A DNA stretch of 64,000 bases from Oscillospiraceae bacterium (GCA_017624915.1 JAGAMC010000025.1:14917-78916); one strand, 5' to 3'; positions 28,309-38,600 are shown, counted from the stretch's first letter. Program-made: numbers and translations. The notes: generated by a model not told the origin, from the letters alone.

Positions 28309-28438
28309 GCAGGGGCCGGTGTCCTCACCGGACCGGCTCCCCCTTTGATGGGGGAGCTGCCGCTGCAGGCGGCTGAGGGGGTGGCGAGTGATACCCCCTC
28401 CGACCCTTCGAGCCACCTCCCCCGTAAAGGGGGAGGCA
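28309..28438. repeat. REP/BIME-like palindromic extragenic cluster
   Basis: Hairpin ccggtg-tcct-caccgg, then gctccccc-tttgat-gggggagc...gaggggg, and an inverted partner ccccctc...cctccccc-gtaaa-gggggagg; lies between two terminators. Confidence 0.6.
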
Positions 28439-28451
28439 ATAGAACTATAAC

Positions 28452-28488
28452 AACCGCCCCACCTTCAGCGAAGGCGGGGCGGTGTTTC
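28452..28488 (-). terminator. Intrinsic terminator of leuA
   Basis: accgccccaccttc-agc-gaaggcggggcggt stem immediately after the leuA stop. Confidence 0.6.
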
Positions 28489-28496
28489 TTGCGCGC

Positions 28497-30194
28497 TTAC
28501 TGCTTATGCCGGTCGGCCCAGGCCCGGTTGATGGCGGACAGGATGCCGCGCAGGGGGGCCAGGTTGATGTTGTGGGACAGGCCTACGCCCCAGTACTTCT
28601 TGCCGGTGCGCTGGTCCTCCAGCAGGATGTAGGCCACACCCTGAGAGTCGGAACCGTCGGTGATGGCGTGGGAGGCGTAGTCCAGGAAGGTGAAGTGGGA
28701 CATCTTCTCGTCCTTGATGGCGTTGAAGAAGGCGTCGATGGGGCCGTTGCCCTCGCCGGACACCTTGAACACCGTGTCCGTGTGCTGGAGCGTACCCCAG
28801 AAGGTGACGTGGGAGTGGCCCTGCTCGTCGATGGACTCCTGGAAGGCGTGCTTGAGCAGCTTGTAAGGCTCCTTGGCCTCGATATACTCCGCCTCGAACA
28901 GCTCGCGGATGCGCTCGGGGGCGATCTCCTTGCCCACGGCGTCGGTCTCCTTCTGAACGATGGAGCCAAACTCCGGGTGCATGGTCTTGGGCAGGTCAAA
29001 GCCGAAGCTGTGCTCCATAATATAGGCCGCACCGCCCTTGCCGGACTGGGAGTTGATGCGGATGACCGGCTCGTACTCGCGGCCCACGTCCGCCGGGTCG
29101 ATGGGCAGGTAGGGGATCTCCCAGTACTCGGTGCCCGACTCCTTCATGTACTGCGTGCCCTTGTTGATGGCGTCCTGATGGCTGCCGGAGAAGGCGGTAA
29201 AGACCAGCTTGCCGGCATAGGGCTGGCGGTCGCCCACGGGCATTTTGGTGCACCGCTCGAACATCTCCTTGATCTTGTTGATGTTGGAGAAGTCCAGCTC
29301 GGGGTCAACACCCTGCGTGAACATGTTCATGGCAAGGGTGACAATGTCCACGTTGCCGGTGCGCTCGCCGTTGCCGAACAGGGTGGCCTCCACACGGTCG
29401 GCGCCGGCCAGCAGGCCCATCTCGGCGGTGGCAACGCCGCAGCCGCGGTCGTTGTGGGGGTGCAGGGAGATGATGGCACAGTTGCGGCTGGGCAGCTTCT
29501 TGCAGAAGTACTCCAGCATATCGGCAAACTGGTTGGGCATGCAGTTTTCCACTGTGGTGGGCAGGTTCAGAATGACCTTGTTTTCCGGGGTGGCGTGCAG
29601 ATGCTCCACCACCGCCTGGCAGATTTCCACGGCATAGTCCATTTCCGTGCCCATAAAGGACTCGGGGGAGTACTCAAAACGCAGGTTCATGCCCTCGGCG
29701 ATGAGGGGGCGGGACATCTCGTAGATCAGGTCGGCGGCGTCGGTGGCGATTTTGGTGATGCCGTCGGTGTCCATGTGGAACACCACCTTGCGCTGGAGGG
29801 TGGAGGTGGAGTTGTAGAAGTGGAGAATGACGTTCTTGGCGCCGCGGATGGCCTCGAAGGTCTTTTTGATCAGGTGCTCACGGGCCTGTACCAGCACCTG
29901 AATGGTCACGTCGTCGGGGATATGGCCGCCCTCGATGAGCTCGCGGCAGATCTCGTACTCGGTCTCGCTGGCGGAGGGGAAGCCGATCTCGATCTCCTTG
30001 ATGCCGATGTCCACCAGTGTGTGGAAGTACTCCAGCTTCTCCTGCAGGTTCATGGGGTCCACCAGAGCCTGATTGCCGTCACGCAGGTCAACAGAGCACC
30101 ACACAGGGGCCTTGGCAATAACCTTGTCGGGCCATGTACGACCGATGATCTTTTGGGGGGTAAAGGGAATGTACTTTTCAAATCCGGGTTTCAT
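28497..30194 (-). CDS. leuA: 2-isopropylmalate synthase (yeast/LeuA type 2)
   Basis: RTWPD, WCSVDLRDGNQAL, HPHNDRG, GNGERTGN, SGSHQDAI, RINSQSGKGG, GNGPI.AF. Confidence 0.95.
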   Translation of the reverse strand: MKPGFEKYIPFTPQKIIGRTWPDKVIAKAPVWCSVDLRDGNQALVDPMNLQEKLEYFHTLVDIGIKEIEIGFPSASETEYEICRELIEGGHIPDDVTIQVLVQAREHLIKKTFEAIRGAKNVILHFYNSTSTLQRKVVFHMDTDGITKIATDAADLIYEMSRPLIAEGMNLRFEYSPESFMGTEMDYAVEICQAVVEHLHATPENKVILNLPTTVENCMPNQFADMLEYFCKKLPSRNCAIISLHPHNDRGCGVATAEMGLLAGADRVEATLFGNGERTGNVDIVTLAMNMFTQGVDPELDFSNINKIKEMFERCTKMPVGDRQPYAGKLVFTAFSGSHQDAINKGTQYMKESGTEYWEIPYLPIDPADVGREYEPVIRINSQSGKGGAAYIMEHSFGFDLPKTMHPEFGSIVQKETDAVGKEIAPERIRELFEAEYIEAKEPYKLLKHAFQESIDEQGHSHVTFWGTLQHTDTVFKVSGEGNGPIDAFFNAIKDEKMSHFTFLDYASHAITDGSDSQGVAYILLEDQRTGKKYWGVGLSHNINLAPLRGILSAINRAWADRHKQ

Positions 30195-30221
30195 AACAGG
30201 TCCTCCTTGTGGGGTCAGGGG

Positions 30222-30495
30222 CAATAAAAAAAGCCCTTGACCTTAGAAATTAAGGTCAGGGGCGTGACGTGCACGCGGTACCACCCTGCTTCGACCGCCC
30301 GTTTCCGGGACAGTCCTCATAAGCCTCTGACAAGGCCGCGGCCGGTAACGGGGCCAGACGTTCCGCCCTACTGCAGCAGGTTCGGGCAGACGGCTCGGGG
30401 ACCAGTCATACACAGGGGGCTCGCGCCGGTTCGCACCAAACACCGGCTCTCTGAAGGGGGCGTGCCCTGTCTTTATTCCCGTCAAAGCCTTTGGG
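30222..30495 (-). promoter_or_regulatory. T-box riboswitch (Leu specifier) upstream of leuA
   Basis: T-box AGGGTGGTACCGCG (30274-30287, minus strand), terminator CCCTGACCTT..AAGGTCAAGGG plus T7, stem I with AGAGAGC and a CUG specifier at 30403-30405. Confidence 0.9.
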
Positions 30496-30614
30496 ATATT
30501 GCCCATATTCTAACGGAAGGGGCGCGGTTTGTCAATGCCGATTTTCAGCTTTTCCTGCCGATGAGTGCAGAAATATTTTTATCCGCATAAACTGAACAAA
30601 AAGGGGGCGGAACA

Positions 30615-31166
30615 ATGGGAGACAGGATGACGCTGGCGGGGGGAGGGCAGCTTTCTATACAGGATGAGGGAGGAATGGTCTGCTTTGAGGCAACTTGTCC
30701 GGATGACCGGCGGGGGCTGTACAAGGTCTGGCTGAACGGGGAGGGCGGACGGATGCTGCTGGGCACTCTCGTGCCGGAGGGCGGCAGTCTGCGCCTGTGC
30801 CGCAGGGTGTCCAAAGCCGCGTTGACGCAAGGAGGGTGCTGGCCCGTTACCGGCGGGGAGTGCATTCTGGCCTTTGCCTTTGAACAGGGAATGGGGGAGT
30901 GGGCACAGGAGAACCACCCGGAGCGCCTTTTTAAAGATGACAGCCTGCGGCGCATGGCGGCGGGCAGAAGCATGCTGCTGCGCAGGGAAAAAGAGGGGTT
31001 TTGTCTCGGAGCACAGTTTGATCCCCGGCGCCCCTTTCCGCTTCCCGCCCTTTTCTGCTTCGCCCGGGTTGGAAAGGTGCAGGGGCAGCACTATGCGCTG
31101 TTTTCCTTTGACCGGGAGGGAAATCCCCTTATACCGCATAACAGCGGACAAAACGGGGGAAAATAG
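30615..31166 (+). CDS. Hypothetical protein
   Basis: 183-aa ORF with AAGGGGG RBS; no family recognised. Confidence 0.6.
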   Translation: MGDRMTLAGGGQLSIQDEGGMVCFEATCPDDRRGLYKVWLNGEGGRMLLGTLVPEGGSLRLCRRVSKAALTQGGCWPVTGGECILAFAFEQGMGEWAQENHPERLFKDDSLRRMAAGRSMLLRREKEGFCLGAQFDPRRPFPLPALFCFARVGKVQGQHYALFSFDREGNPLIPHNSGQNGGK

Positions 31167-31196
31167 TGGTGCATCTTAAAAAAGGAGGAACACCCT

Positions 31197-31382
31197 ATGC
31201 CCGTACTCACAGCCAAGGAGCTCAGCGCCCTGTCCGATCAGCTGGACTTTGAAAAGGTGCTGTGCTGCAAGTATCAAAGCGCAGCTCAGCAGACCACGGA
31301 CGAACAGCTGAAAAGCTGCTTTACCCAGATGGCCGGCCGGCACAAGCAGAACTACGGTACCCTGCTGGGTTACCTGCACTAA
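31197..31382 (+). CDS. Small spore-coat-associated protein (ferritin-like helix)
   Basis: LTAKEL..L.DQL..E....KY...A....D..LK..F...A..H pattern; AGGAGG RBS. Confidence 0.7.
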   Translation: MPVLTAKELSALSDQLDFEKVLCCKYQSAAQQTTDEQLKSCFTQMAGRHKQNYGTLLGYLH

Positions 31383-31388
31383 GGAGGA

Positions 31389-31649
31389 ATGAACATGACC
31401 GATCAGGAAATGATCACGGATTTTATCAGCAGTGAGAAGAAAATGTCCGCAAATTACGACATCTTCGCGTCCGAATGTGTAAGTATTCCCCTGCGGGACG
31501 AGTTTCTCAAGCTGTTCAACCGCAGCCACCAGACCCAGACCGAGCTGTTCCAGACCGCCCAGTCCAAGGGCTGGTATCAGCCCGAGCAGGCTCCCGAGAA
31601 CAAGATCAGTCAGGCATATCAGAAGTATTCCAGCCAGCAGCCCACCTGA
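31389..31649 (+). CDS. Spore coat protein, Coat F domain
   Basis: D.E...D....EK.....Y.....EC....LR..F, HQ.Q..LF.....KGWY. Confidence 0.8.
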   Translation: MNMTDQEMITDFISSEKKMSANYDIFASECVSIPLRDEFLKLFNRSHQTQTELFQTAQSKGWYQPEQAPENKISQAYQKYSSQQPT

Positions 31650-31761
31650 GGCAAAAACAGTGCCAGCAAGCGGAGTCGGAACAGCCGGCTCCGCTTTTGC
31701 TGTTGTGCGCCGGGGACGGATGTGGTAAGATATGGGCAGTGAAACGAACGGAGGCCCCGCC

Positions 31762-32172
31762 ATGACAGACTATCTCCATTTAAGTGTACCGAACGGCGAC
31801 ATGATGAATATAAGCTCTCTGGGACTTGCCCACTTGGGTGATGCCGTGTTCGAGGTGCTGGTGCGCTCCTGGGTCTGTATGGGCGGAACGGCGAAGATCA
31901 AGGACCTGCACAAGCAGACGGTGCGCTATGTCACCGCCCCCGCTCAGGCACAGCTGGCGGAGAAGATCCTGCCCATGCTGACGCAGGAGGAGACGGATGT
32001 ATTCCGCCGGGGTCGAAACGCCGCCCCCCACAGTATTCCCAAAGCCGCCAGCCGGGGACAGTATCAGACGGCCACGGCGCTGGAGGCCCTGTTCGGCTGG
32101 CTGTGGCTGCGGGGAGCCCATGACCGGATCAACGAGCTGTTTGCCGGTATGATGGAAGGAGAGGAAGTGTAA
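31762..32172 (+). CDS. mrnC: Mini-ribonuclease III
   Basis: LAHLGDAVFE, V.A.AQA, FRRGRNA, Y..AT.LEALFG.L. Confidence 0.93.
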   Translation: MTDYLHLSVPNGDMMNISSLGLAHLGDAVFEVLVRSWVCMGGTAKIKDLHKQTVRYVTAPAQAQLAEKILPMLTQEETDVFRRGRNAAPHSIPKAASRGQYQTATALEALFGWLWLRGAHDRINELFAGMMEGEEV

Positions 32173-33935
32173 TGCCTCTTGACGCCATATGCCTGACTGC
32201 CGTAGCACAGGAGATCCGCAACGCCGTTCTGAACGGACGGATCGACAAGATCCACCAGCCCGGACGGGACGAGGTGGTGCTGGCTGTGCGCGGGACGCAG
32301 GGCAGCTGCAGGTTGTTTTTGTCCGCAAATCCCAGCCATCCCAGAGCTCAGCTGACCGAAATTTCCCGGGAAAACCCGGACAAGCCCCCCATGTTCTGTA
32401 TGCTGCTGCGCAAGCATCTGACCGGCGCGCGCATTCTGGATCTGGTGCAGCCCCCCATGGAACGGGTGCTGCGCCTTGTGATGGAGGCTACGGATGAACT
32501 GGGCGACCGGGTGGAGCGCCAGCTGGTGCTGGAGGCCATGGGACGGCACTCAAACCTGATCCTTCTTGATCAGGAGGGACGCATCATCGAATGTCTGCGC
32601 CGGGTGGATGCGGATATGTCCGCAAAGCGGCAGGTGCTACCGGGGCTTTTCTATCATCTGCCCCCGGTTCAGGCCAAGCTGAATCCCACGCAGCTGGACC
32701 GGCAGGAGCTGGAGCGCGCCCTTGCCGCCGCCCCGGAGGAAAGTCAGGCGGATAAGTGGCTGCTGGACACCTTCGGCGGGCTTTCGCCCCTTATTTCCCG
32801 GGAATTGGCCCATCAGGCGGGAGGACGGACCGACATTCGCCTGCACCAGCTGGGAGAAGCGGGAAAGCGCAGACTGTTGGACAAGCTGGAACAGCTGCTT
32901 GAAGATGTAAAACAAAACAACTTTACACCAACTGTTATTAAAAGAGAAAATAGACTCTCTGACTTTACGTTCATGCCCGTGGGCCAGTATGAGGGCGCGG
33001 CGCAGGTGACGGCGGTGAACTCGTTCTGTGTGCTGCTGGATGAGTTTTACGCCACCCGGGAGACACAGGAACGGGTGCGCCAGCAGGGGCAGGATATGCT
33101 GCGTACCCTCACCAACGCCAGAGACCGCACTGCACGCAAGATCGCCCTGCAGGAGCAGGAGCTGGAGGCTACCCTTGATAGAGAACTCCTGCGGCAAAAG
33201 GGCGACATTATTACCTCAAACCTCCATGCCATGTCAAAAGGTATGACCCGGCTGAAGACTTGTAACTTCTACGACCCGGAGGGCGGGGACGTTGAGATCG
33301 CCCTTGACCCGCTGCTGACCCCTCAGCAAAACGCCGCCAAATACTATAAGGACTACAACAAGGCCAAGACCGCCCAGCAGATGCTCACCCAGCAGCTTGA
33401 AAAGGGCCGCAGAGAGCTGGATTACCTGAACAGTGTGCTGGAGAGTGTGGCATGGGCCGAGGGCGAACGAGACCTGCAGGAGATCCGACAGGAACTGGTG
33501 GAGTCAGGGTATCTGCGCCGGGCATCAAAAGCCAAGGGGCGGGAGAAGAAGACGGTCTCCAAACCCATGGAGTATCTGTCCTCCACCGGAATGCGAATCT
33601 CGGTGGGCAAGAACAACACGCAAAATGACCTGCTCACCACCAAAATGGCATACAAGAGCGATATCTGGCTGCACACACAGAAGATCCACGGCTCCCACGT
33701 GATCCTGTGGACCGGCGGGGGAGAGCCTGACGTGCAGAGTTTAAACGAGGCGGCCTGCCTTGCCGCCTGGTACTCTCAGGGCAGGGACAGCGACAGGGTG
33801 CCCGTGGATTACACCCCGGTGAAGTTTGTGAAAAAGCCCGCCGGAGCAAAGCCCGGCATGGTGGTCTACACCACCTGCCAGACCGCCTGGGTCAAACCGG
33901 ATGAAGAGCTGGTCAAGCGGCTGAGGGTAAAATGA
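32172..33935 (+). CDS. rqcH: Ribosome quality control protein RqcH/NFACT (FbpA-like)
   Basis: GRIDKIHQP, PPMFCMLLRKHL.G, GRHSNLIL, QQNAAKYYK.Y.K.K, GKNN.QND, WLH...IHGSHV, VPVDYT. Confidence 0.93.
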   Translation: MPLDAICLTAVAQEIRNAVLNGRIDKIHQPGRDEVVLAVRGTQGSCRLFLSANPSHPRAQLTEISRENPDKPPMFCMLLRKHLTGARILDLVQPPMERVLRLVMEATDELGDRVERQLVLEAMGRHSNLILLDQEGRIIECLRRVDADMSAKRQVLPGLFYHLPPVQAKLNPTQLDRQELERALAAAPEESQADKWLLDTFGGLSPLISRELAHQAGGRTDIRLHQLGEAGKRRLLDKLEQLLEDVKQNNFTPTVIKRENRLSDFTFMPVGQYEGAAQVTAVNSFCVLLDEFYATRETQERVRQQGQDMLRTLTNARDRTARKIALQEQELEATLDRELLRQKGDIITSNLHAMSKGMTRLKTCNFYDPEGGDVEIALDPLLTPQQNAAKYYKDYNKAKTAQQMLTQQLEKGRRELDYLNSVLESVAWAEGERDLQEIRQELVESGYLRRASKAKGREKKTVSKPMEYLSSTGMRISVGKNNTQNDLLTTKMAYKSDIWLHTQKIHGSHVILWTGGGEPDVQSLNEAACLAAWYSQGRDSDRVPVDYTPVKFVKKPAGAKPGMVVYTTCQTAWVKPDEELVKRLRVK

Positions 33936-33938
33936 AAT

Positions 33939-33970
33939 AAAAATCGCCGTGCATCTGCACGGCGATTTTT
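33939..33970. terminator. Bidirectional intrinsic terminator
   Basis: aaaaatcgccgtgca-tc-tgcacggcgattttt. Confidence 0.8.
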
Positions 33971-33972
33971 CA

Positions 33973-35304
33973 TTACCAGCTGAACCAGCCCTCGGCGGCT
34001 CTGGCCTCAAGCACATCCAGACTGCTGTCCAGCATCTGGGCCACGTCCGCCCGGGTCAACGCGGTGTCCAGGGTGGAGGGGGAACTTTCTGCGGTGGGGA
34101 TGACGCCGGCAGTGGCCAGATTGACCGCGGCCTGCATGGCCCAGTGACTGTCCGCACTGTCATCCACCCCCGCGGCGGCCCAGGTCTGGACGGCCACATC
34201 GGAGATGTCAAGCAGATTGTTGAGCATCACCGTGGCCTCCGCCCGGGTGACGGTGTTTTCGGGACAGAACACCACCTGACCGTCCTGTGCGCGGCTGCCG
34301 CAGATGGCCCCCGCCTTCAGAGCAGAGGAGACGTAGCCCTTGGCCCATGTGGGGATGGCGGCATCATCGGCAAAGCCGGTGAGACTGACCTGCTCCAGAG
34401 GCTCAAGTCCTGCCACAGACATGGCCATGGCCAGAAACTGGCTGCGGCTGACGGGGGTGTCAGGGCTGAAAAAGTATTGTCCGTTCACATACTCGCCCAC
34501 GAAAATGCCCTCCTGCGCAAGGCGTACAGCGGCCTTGTGGGCAGCATTGTTCTCCATATCGGAGTAGCTGACGGAAGTGCGGGCCTTCTCGATGCGGACG
34601 GTGACCTTGGCAGGATTGGAGATGTTGCCCGCCTTGTCCACAGCCACATAGGTGAAGGAATCTTTGCCCGTCTTATTTTCATAAGGAGTGTAGACAAAGC
34701 GGCTGGTGCCGTCCTCGGCAAGGGCCACGCTGCCCCGGGCAGGAGTGGAGGTGATCTGGAAGGTCAGGGGGTCACCCTCGGAATCCACCGCCTGAAAATA
34801 GGCGGTCACAGGCACGTTTTTATAGGTGCTCAGAGACATATTCTCCGCAATGGGAGCTTCGTTCTTCTCAGTGAGCAGATGCAGCTCCACGCTGACCTCA
34901 CCGCCCTGTGCGCCGGTGGAAAAGGTGGGCAGAAAAGAAAAACCGGCGGTGGTCACGGTGGGGGCAGGAGCGGCCTGAAAGCACAGACCCGCCAGCGCGG
35001 AGGACTGGATGACCGCGTCCTGACGCAGGGGCTCGCCGCCCATGCACAGGGTGCCGCAGCTGCTTTCAGGCAGGGCGGTGATGGTGATGGAGGACAGGGT
35101 CACATTCTCCGCGCCGCTGACGGCAAAGTCATCGGGAGAGAAGGACAGGGCCTGCCCCACCACGACGTTGCGGGTCAATTTGGCCACAACAGGCTCGTCG
35201 TTTTTTTTGCTCCGGAAAAAGGCGGAAGCGGGGATGGTCAGCGAACACAGCAGCGCCGCGCCGCACAGGGCGCTGAGCACTCTCCTCCAAGAAACAGATC
35301 GCAA
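33973..35304 (-). CDS. Secreted protein with cadherin-like Ig domains and C-terminal S-layer homology domains
   Basis: Signal peptide; N.AP.AE, D.EGD.LTF.I...P.RG, F.YTP, G.DSFTY; SLH repeats F.PD..VSR.QF, IPTWAKGYV, VTRAEA. Confidence 0.85.
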   Translation of the reverse strand: MRSVSWRRVLSALCGAALLCSLTIPASAFFRSKKNDEPVVAKLTRNVVVGQALSFSPDDFAVSGAENVTLSSITITALPESSCGTLCMGGEPLRQDAVIQSSALAGLCFQAAPAPTVTTAGFSFLPTFSTGAQGGEVSVELHLLTEKNEAPIAENMSLSTYKNVPVTAYFQAVDSEGDPLTFQITSTPARGSVALAEDGTSRFVYTPYENKTGKDSFTYVAVDKAGNISNPAKVTVRIEKARTSVSYSDMENNAAHKAAVRLAQEGIFVGEYVNGQYFFSPDTPVSRSQFLAMAMSVAGLEPLEQVSLTGFADDAAIPTWAKGYVSSALKAGAICGSRAQDGQVVFCPENTVTRAEATVMLNNLLDISDVAVQTWAAAGVDDSADSHWAMQAAVNLATAGVIPTAESSPSTLDTALTRADVAQMLDSSLDVLEARAAEGWFSW

Positions 35305-35407
35305 AATAAGGACCTCCTTTTTTGATGTGTCCTTAGTGTTCTGCGATCGGCATGAGATTATTCCAATAAAAAAACGCCCGGTGCAAACACCGGGCGTGCA
35401 GGGAAAC

Positions 35408-36598
35408 TCAAATTCGGCTTCGGTCCCGCAGCCAGCTGGGCAGCGACCTTGCCTTCATGCTGGACACCACCCCCATGGCGATGAACAGGGTGATGAGGGA
35501 GGAGCCTCCGTAGCTGAAGAAGGGGAGGGTCAGACCCATGACGGGCAGGACATACAGGCACATGCCCACGTTGAACACCGTCTGGACCAGCAGCATCCCG
35601 CCAAAGGCGATGGACACATAGGCGCAGAAGGGGGAACTGGAGGTGCGCCCCACATAGAAGCAGCGCAGAATAATGGCCACCAGCACCAGCAGGATCAGCA
35701 CACAGCCCACCATGCCCAGTTCTTCCCCACAGGCGGAGAAAATAAAGTCCGTGTGCCGGGCGGGAAGGGCGCTGGAGTAGGGAGCCTGGGTCTGGGTGCC
35801 GTTGAGGTAGCCCTGACCGGTAAACTGGCCGGAGCCAAGGGCCAGCAGGGAGCGGTTCTGGTGAAAGCCCTTGTCCAGAGGGTCAAGATCGTGGTCAAGC
35901 ACCACCAGAAAGCGCATGCGGATGTATTTGAAGCGGTCAGACTGCAGCACCGTGTGCCATGCCAGCAGGAATCCGCCCACAAGGCCCGCGCCGCCTACAA
36001 GGAACCAGCGGCCCTTGACCCCTGCGATCCACGCCATGATGACAAAGATGCTGATGTATACCGTACACATGCCCATGTCGCCGCAGATGACGGCGATAAT
36101 GGCCACCATGAACAGGGTATGGCCGGCGATCTGCATTACGCTGGGGATGGAGCTGATGCTGCGCCCCCGGTCCCGGAGTCGGGTGATCTGCCAGGCCAGC
36201 AGTATAATAAAGGGGATCTTGACGATCTCGTTGGGCTGCAGGTCCAGAGGGAAACCGGGAATGATCTTGTCCAGAGCCAGCCAGTTCAGGTTGCCCGAAT
36301 TGTTGTCTGTTCCCAGCGGGGTGAGCAGCAGAAGCAGGAAGCCCACGTTGAAGCACAAAAAGACCTTCCAGCCCTTTTCCACAAGCATCTGGAAATCCAC
36401 AAAGGTCAGCGCGATGTATATCACGATGCCGATCAAAAGGGCGATGGACTGCACAAGGACGCAGCGCAGGCTTTCCGTCCACCTTGTGGCGCTGTAGATC
36501 AGGGCGATGCCGTACAGACTTGCGCCCGTGCACAGGCACAGAAGCACGATATCTCCCTTGCGGAAAAACTCGGTCAGGATATTTGACAGTCTGGACAG
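35408..36598 (-). CDS. FtsW/RodA/SpoVE family cell-cycle protein
   Basis: LQPNEIVK, DMG, LLALGSG...GQG, P.RHTDFIFS...EELG, NVGMC...LPVMGLTLPFFSYGGSS. First ATG/GTG/TTG is at 36547; start placed at a possible CTG at 36598. Confidence 0.85.
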   Translation of the reverse strand: MSRLSNILTEFFRKGDIVLLCLCTGASLYGIALIYSATRWTESLRCVLVQSIALLIGIVIYIALTFVDFQMLVEKGWKVFLCFNVGFLLLLLTPLGTDNNSGNLNWLALDKIIPGFPLDLQPNEIVKIPFIILLAWQITRLRDRGRSISSIPSVMQIAGHTLFMVAIIAVICGDMGMCTVYISIFVIMAWIAGVKGRWFLVGGAGLVGGFLLAWHTVLQSDRFKYIRMRFLVVLDHDLDPLDKGFHQNRSLLALGSGQFTGQGYLNGTQTQAPYSSALPARHTDFIFSACGEELGMVGCVLILLVLVAIILRCFYVGRTSSSPFCAYVSIAFGGMLLVQTVFNVGMCLYVLPVMGLTLPFFSYGGSSLITLFIAMGVVSSMKARSLPSWLRDRSRI

Positions 36599-36724
36599 AG
36601 CACTCGCCCCCTCTCTAAAAAGATTTCCTGCTTATTTTACCACTTTCCTGTGGAAAGGTAAACCATGTTTGTGATATGATATGCAAAGACACACAGATAC
36701 AGCCCGGAAAGGAGGGCAGGGGAT

Positions 36725-37150
36725 ATGGAATACATCACCAACAGCGCCGAGCAGACGGAGCAGCTGGGGGAGAAACTGGCCGGTGCGGTATCAGCCGGCA
36801 TAGTCATCGCCTATACCGGGGATTTGGGCGCGGGTAAGACCGCCTTCACCCGGGGACTTGCCCGGGGTCTGGGTATTGATGGCCGGGTGACCAGCCCCAC
36901 CTTTACCATCGTCAATGAATACGAGGGGGGCAGGCTGCCCCTGTTCCACTTTGATATGTACCGCCTTGAATCGTCGGATGAGCTGTTCGACATCGGCTGG
37001 GAGGATTATCTGGCCCGGGGCGGCGTGTGCGCCGTAGAGTGGAGCGAGAATGTGGACGACGCGCTGGATGACAGCTGCATCCGCGTGGATATCCGCCGGG
37101 GCGATGGGGATCACCAGCGGCTGATCCGCATCAGCGGCATTGAGCTTTAA
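36725..37150 (+). CDS. tsaE: tRNA threonylcarbamoyladenosine biosynthesis ATPase TsaE
   Basis: [32 protein letters not shown]. Confidence 0.96.
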   Translation: MEYITNSAEQTEQLGEKLAGAVSAGIVIAYTGDLGAGKTAFTRGLARGLGIDGRVTSPTFTIVNEYEGGRLPLFHFDMYRLESSDELFDIGWEDYLARGGVCAVEWSENVDDALDDSCIRVDIRRGDGDHQRLIRISGIEL

Positions 37151-37176
37151 AAGATTTTTGCCCGGGAGGGTATGCT

Positions 37177-37890
37177 ATGAAGATACTGGCACTGGAGTCC
37201 TCCGCCACCGCCTGCTCGGTGGCCCTGTGCGAGGATGAAAAACTGATCGCCCAAACCTTTCAGAACAGCGGCCTGACCCACAGCCGTACCCTGATGCCCA
37301 TGGCGCAAAGCCTGCTGGAACAGTGCGGCCAGAGTATGGACGATGTGGATGTGATCGCCGTGGCCGCGGGACCCGGTTCGTTTACCGGTCTTCGCATCGG
37401 TGTGTCCACTGCCAAGGGCCTTGCCTGGGCGGCGGACAAGCCCTGCGCACCCTGCTCCACGCTGGAATCCATGGCATGGCAGCTGGCCCATGTGGACGGC
37501 ATCATCATCGCAGCCATGGACGCCCGCCGCGCTCAGGTATATAATGCTCTGTTCCGCACCCGGGACGGCGTGCCCGAACGGCTCAGCGAGGACCGGGCCA
37601 TCGGCCTTGAGGAACTGGAAGAAGAGATAAAAAAGCTGGACGGCAGAAAAATATTAGTTGGAGACGGGGCGCAGCTGTGCTATAATATGTGGAAAGAGCG
37701 CGTGCCCGATCTGCACATGGCGCCCAGCCACCTGCGCTGGCAGTCGGCCTGGGGCGTTGCCCGGGCGGCGGTTGAGCTTGCCCGGCAGGACAAGCTGGTG
37801 GACGGCGAGGAACTGACGCCCGTATACCACCGCCTTTCTCAGGCGGAGCGGGAGCGCCTTGCCCGACAGCAGGAAGAAGAGAAAAAATAA
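37177..37890 (+). CDS. tsaB: t6A biosynthesis protein TsaB
   Basis: ILALESS, HSRTL.P, GPGSFTGLRIG, DARR.QVY, P.Y.R.SQAE. Confidence 0.95.
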   Translation: MKILALESSATACSVALCEDEKLIAQTFQNSGLTHSRTLMPMAQSLLEQCGQSMDDVDVIAVAAGPGSFTGLRIGVSTAKGLAWAADKPCAPCSTLESMAWQLAHVDGIIIAAMDARRAQVYNALFRTRDGVPERLSEDRAIGLEELEEEIKKLDGRKILVGDGAQLCYNMWKERVPDLHMAPSHLRWQSAWGVARAAVELARQDKLVDGEELTPVYHRLSQAERERLARQQEEEKK

Positions 37891-37921
37891 AACAAAAATA
37901 ATATAAAAGGGGAATCGTACC

Positions 37922-38554
37922 ATGGACAACAAAGTTCACATTCTGGACCATCCGCTGCTGCAGCATAAGGTGAGCATCCTGCGTGACGAGCGCACCGGCG
38001 TCAAGGAGTTCCGCGAGATCGTCTCCGAGATCGCCGCGCTGGAGTGCTACGAGGCCACCCGCGACCTGCCTCTGGAGGACGTGGTCATCAAGACCCCCAT
38101 CACCACCGGTACCTTCAAGCAGCTGGCCGGCAAGAAGCTGGCCATCGTGCCCATCCTGCGTGCCGGTCTGGGCATGGTGGACGGCATTCTGGACCTGATC
38201 CCCTCTGCCAAGGTGGGTCACATCGGTCTGTACCGTGACCCCGAGACCCACGCTCCCGTGGAATACTACTGCAAGATGCCCAGCGACATCTCCGAGCGGG
38301 ATGTTATCGTGCTGGATCCCATGCTGGCCACCGGCGGCTCCGCCTCCGCGGCCATCACCTTCCTCAAGGGCTACGGCTGCAAGCACATCAAGCTGATGAA
38401 CATTCTGGCTGCCCCCGAAGGTATCGAGTGCGTGCGCAAGGATCACCCCGATGTGGACATCTATGTGGCCGCCGTGGACGAGAAGCTCAATGACCACGCC
38501 TATATCGTTCCCGGTCTGGGCGATGCCGGCGACCGTATTTTCGGCACCAAGTAA
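37922..38554 (+). CDS. upp: Uracil phosphoribosyltransferase
   Basis: [40 protein letters not shown]. Confidence 0.97.
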   Translation: MDNKVHILDHPLLQHKVSILRDERTGVKEFREIVSEIAALECYEATRDLPLEDVVIKTPITTGTFKQLAGKKLAIVPILRAGLGMVDGILDLIPSAKVGHIGLYRDPETHAPVEYYCKMPSDISERDVIVLDPMLATGGSASAAITFLKGYGCKHIKLMNILAAPEGIECVRKDHPDVDIYVAAVDEKLNDHAYIVPGLGDAGDRIFGTK

Positions 38555-38565
38555 ATAAAATAGTG

Positions 38566-38600
38566 ATCAGGGCGCACCGAACGGTGCGCCCTGATTTTTT
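38566..38600 (+). terminator. Intrinsic terminator of upp
   Basis: atcagggcgcaccg-aa-cggtgcgccctgat followed by a T run. Confidence 0.85.

Noticed and set aside
38563-38600. GTG start at 38563 for the chaperone ORF
   Set aside because: It reads through the upp terminator hairpin with no RBS; the phage-like sequence begins only after about 38600.
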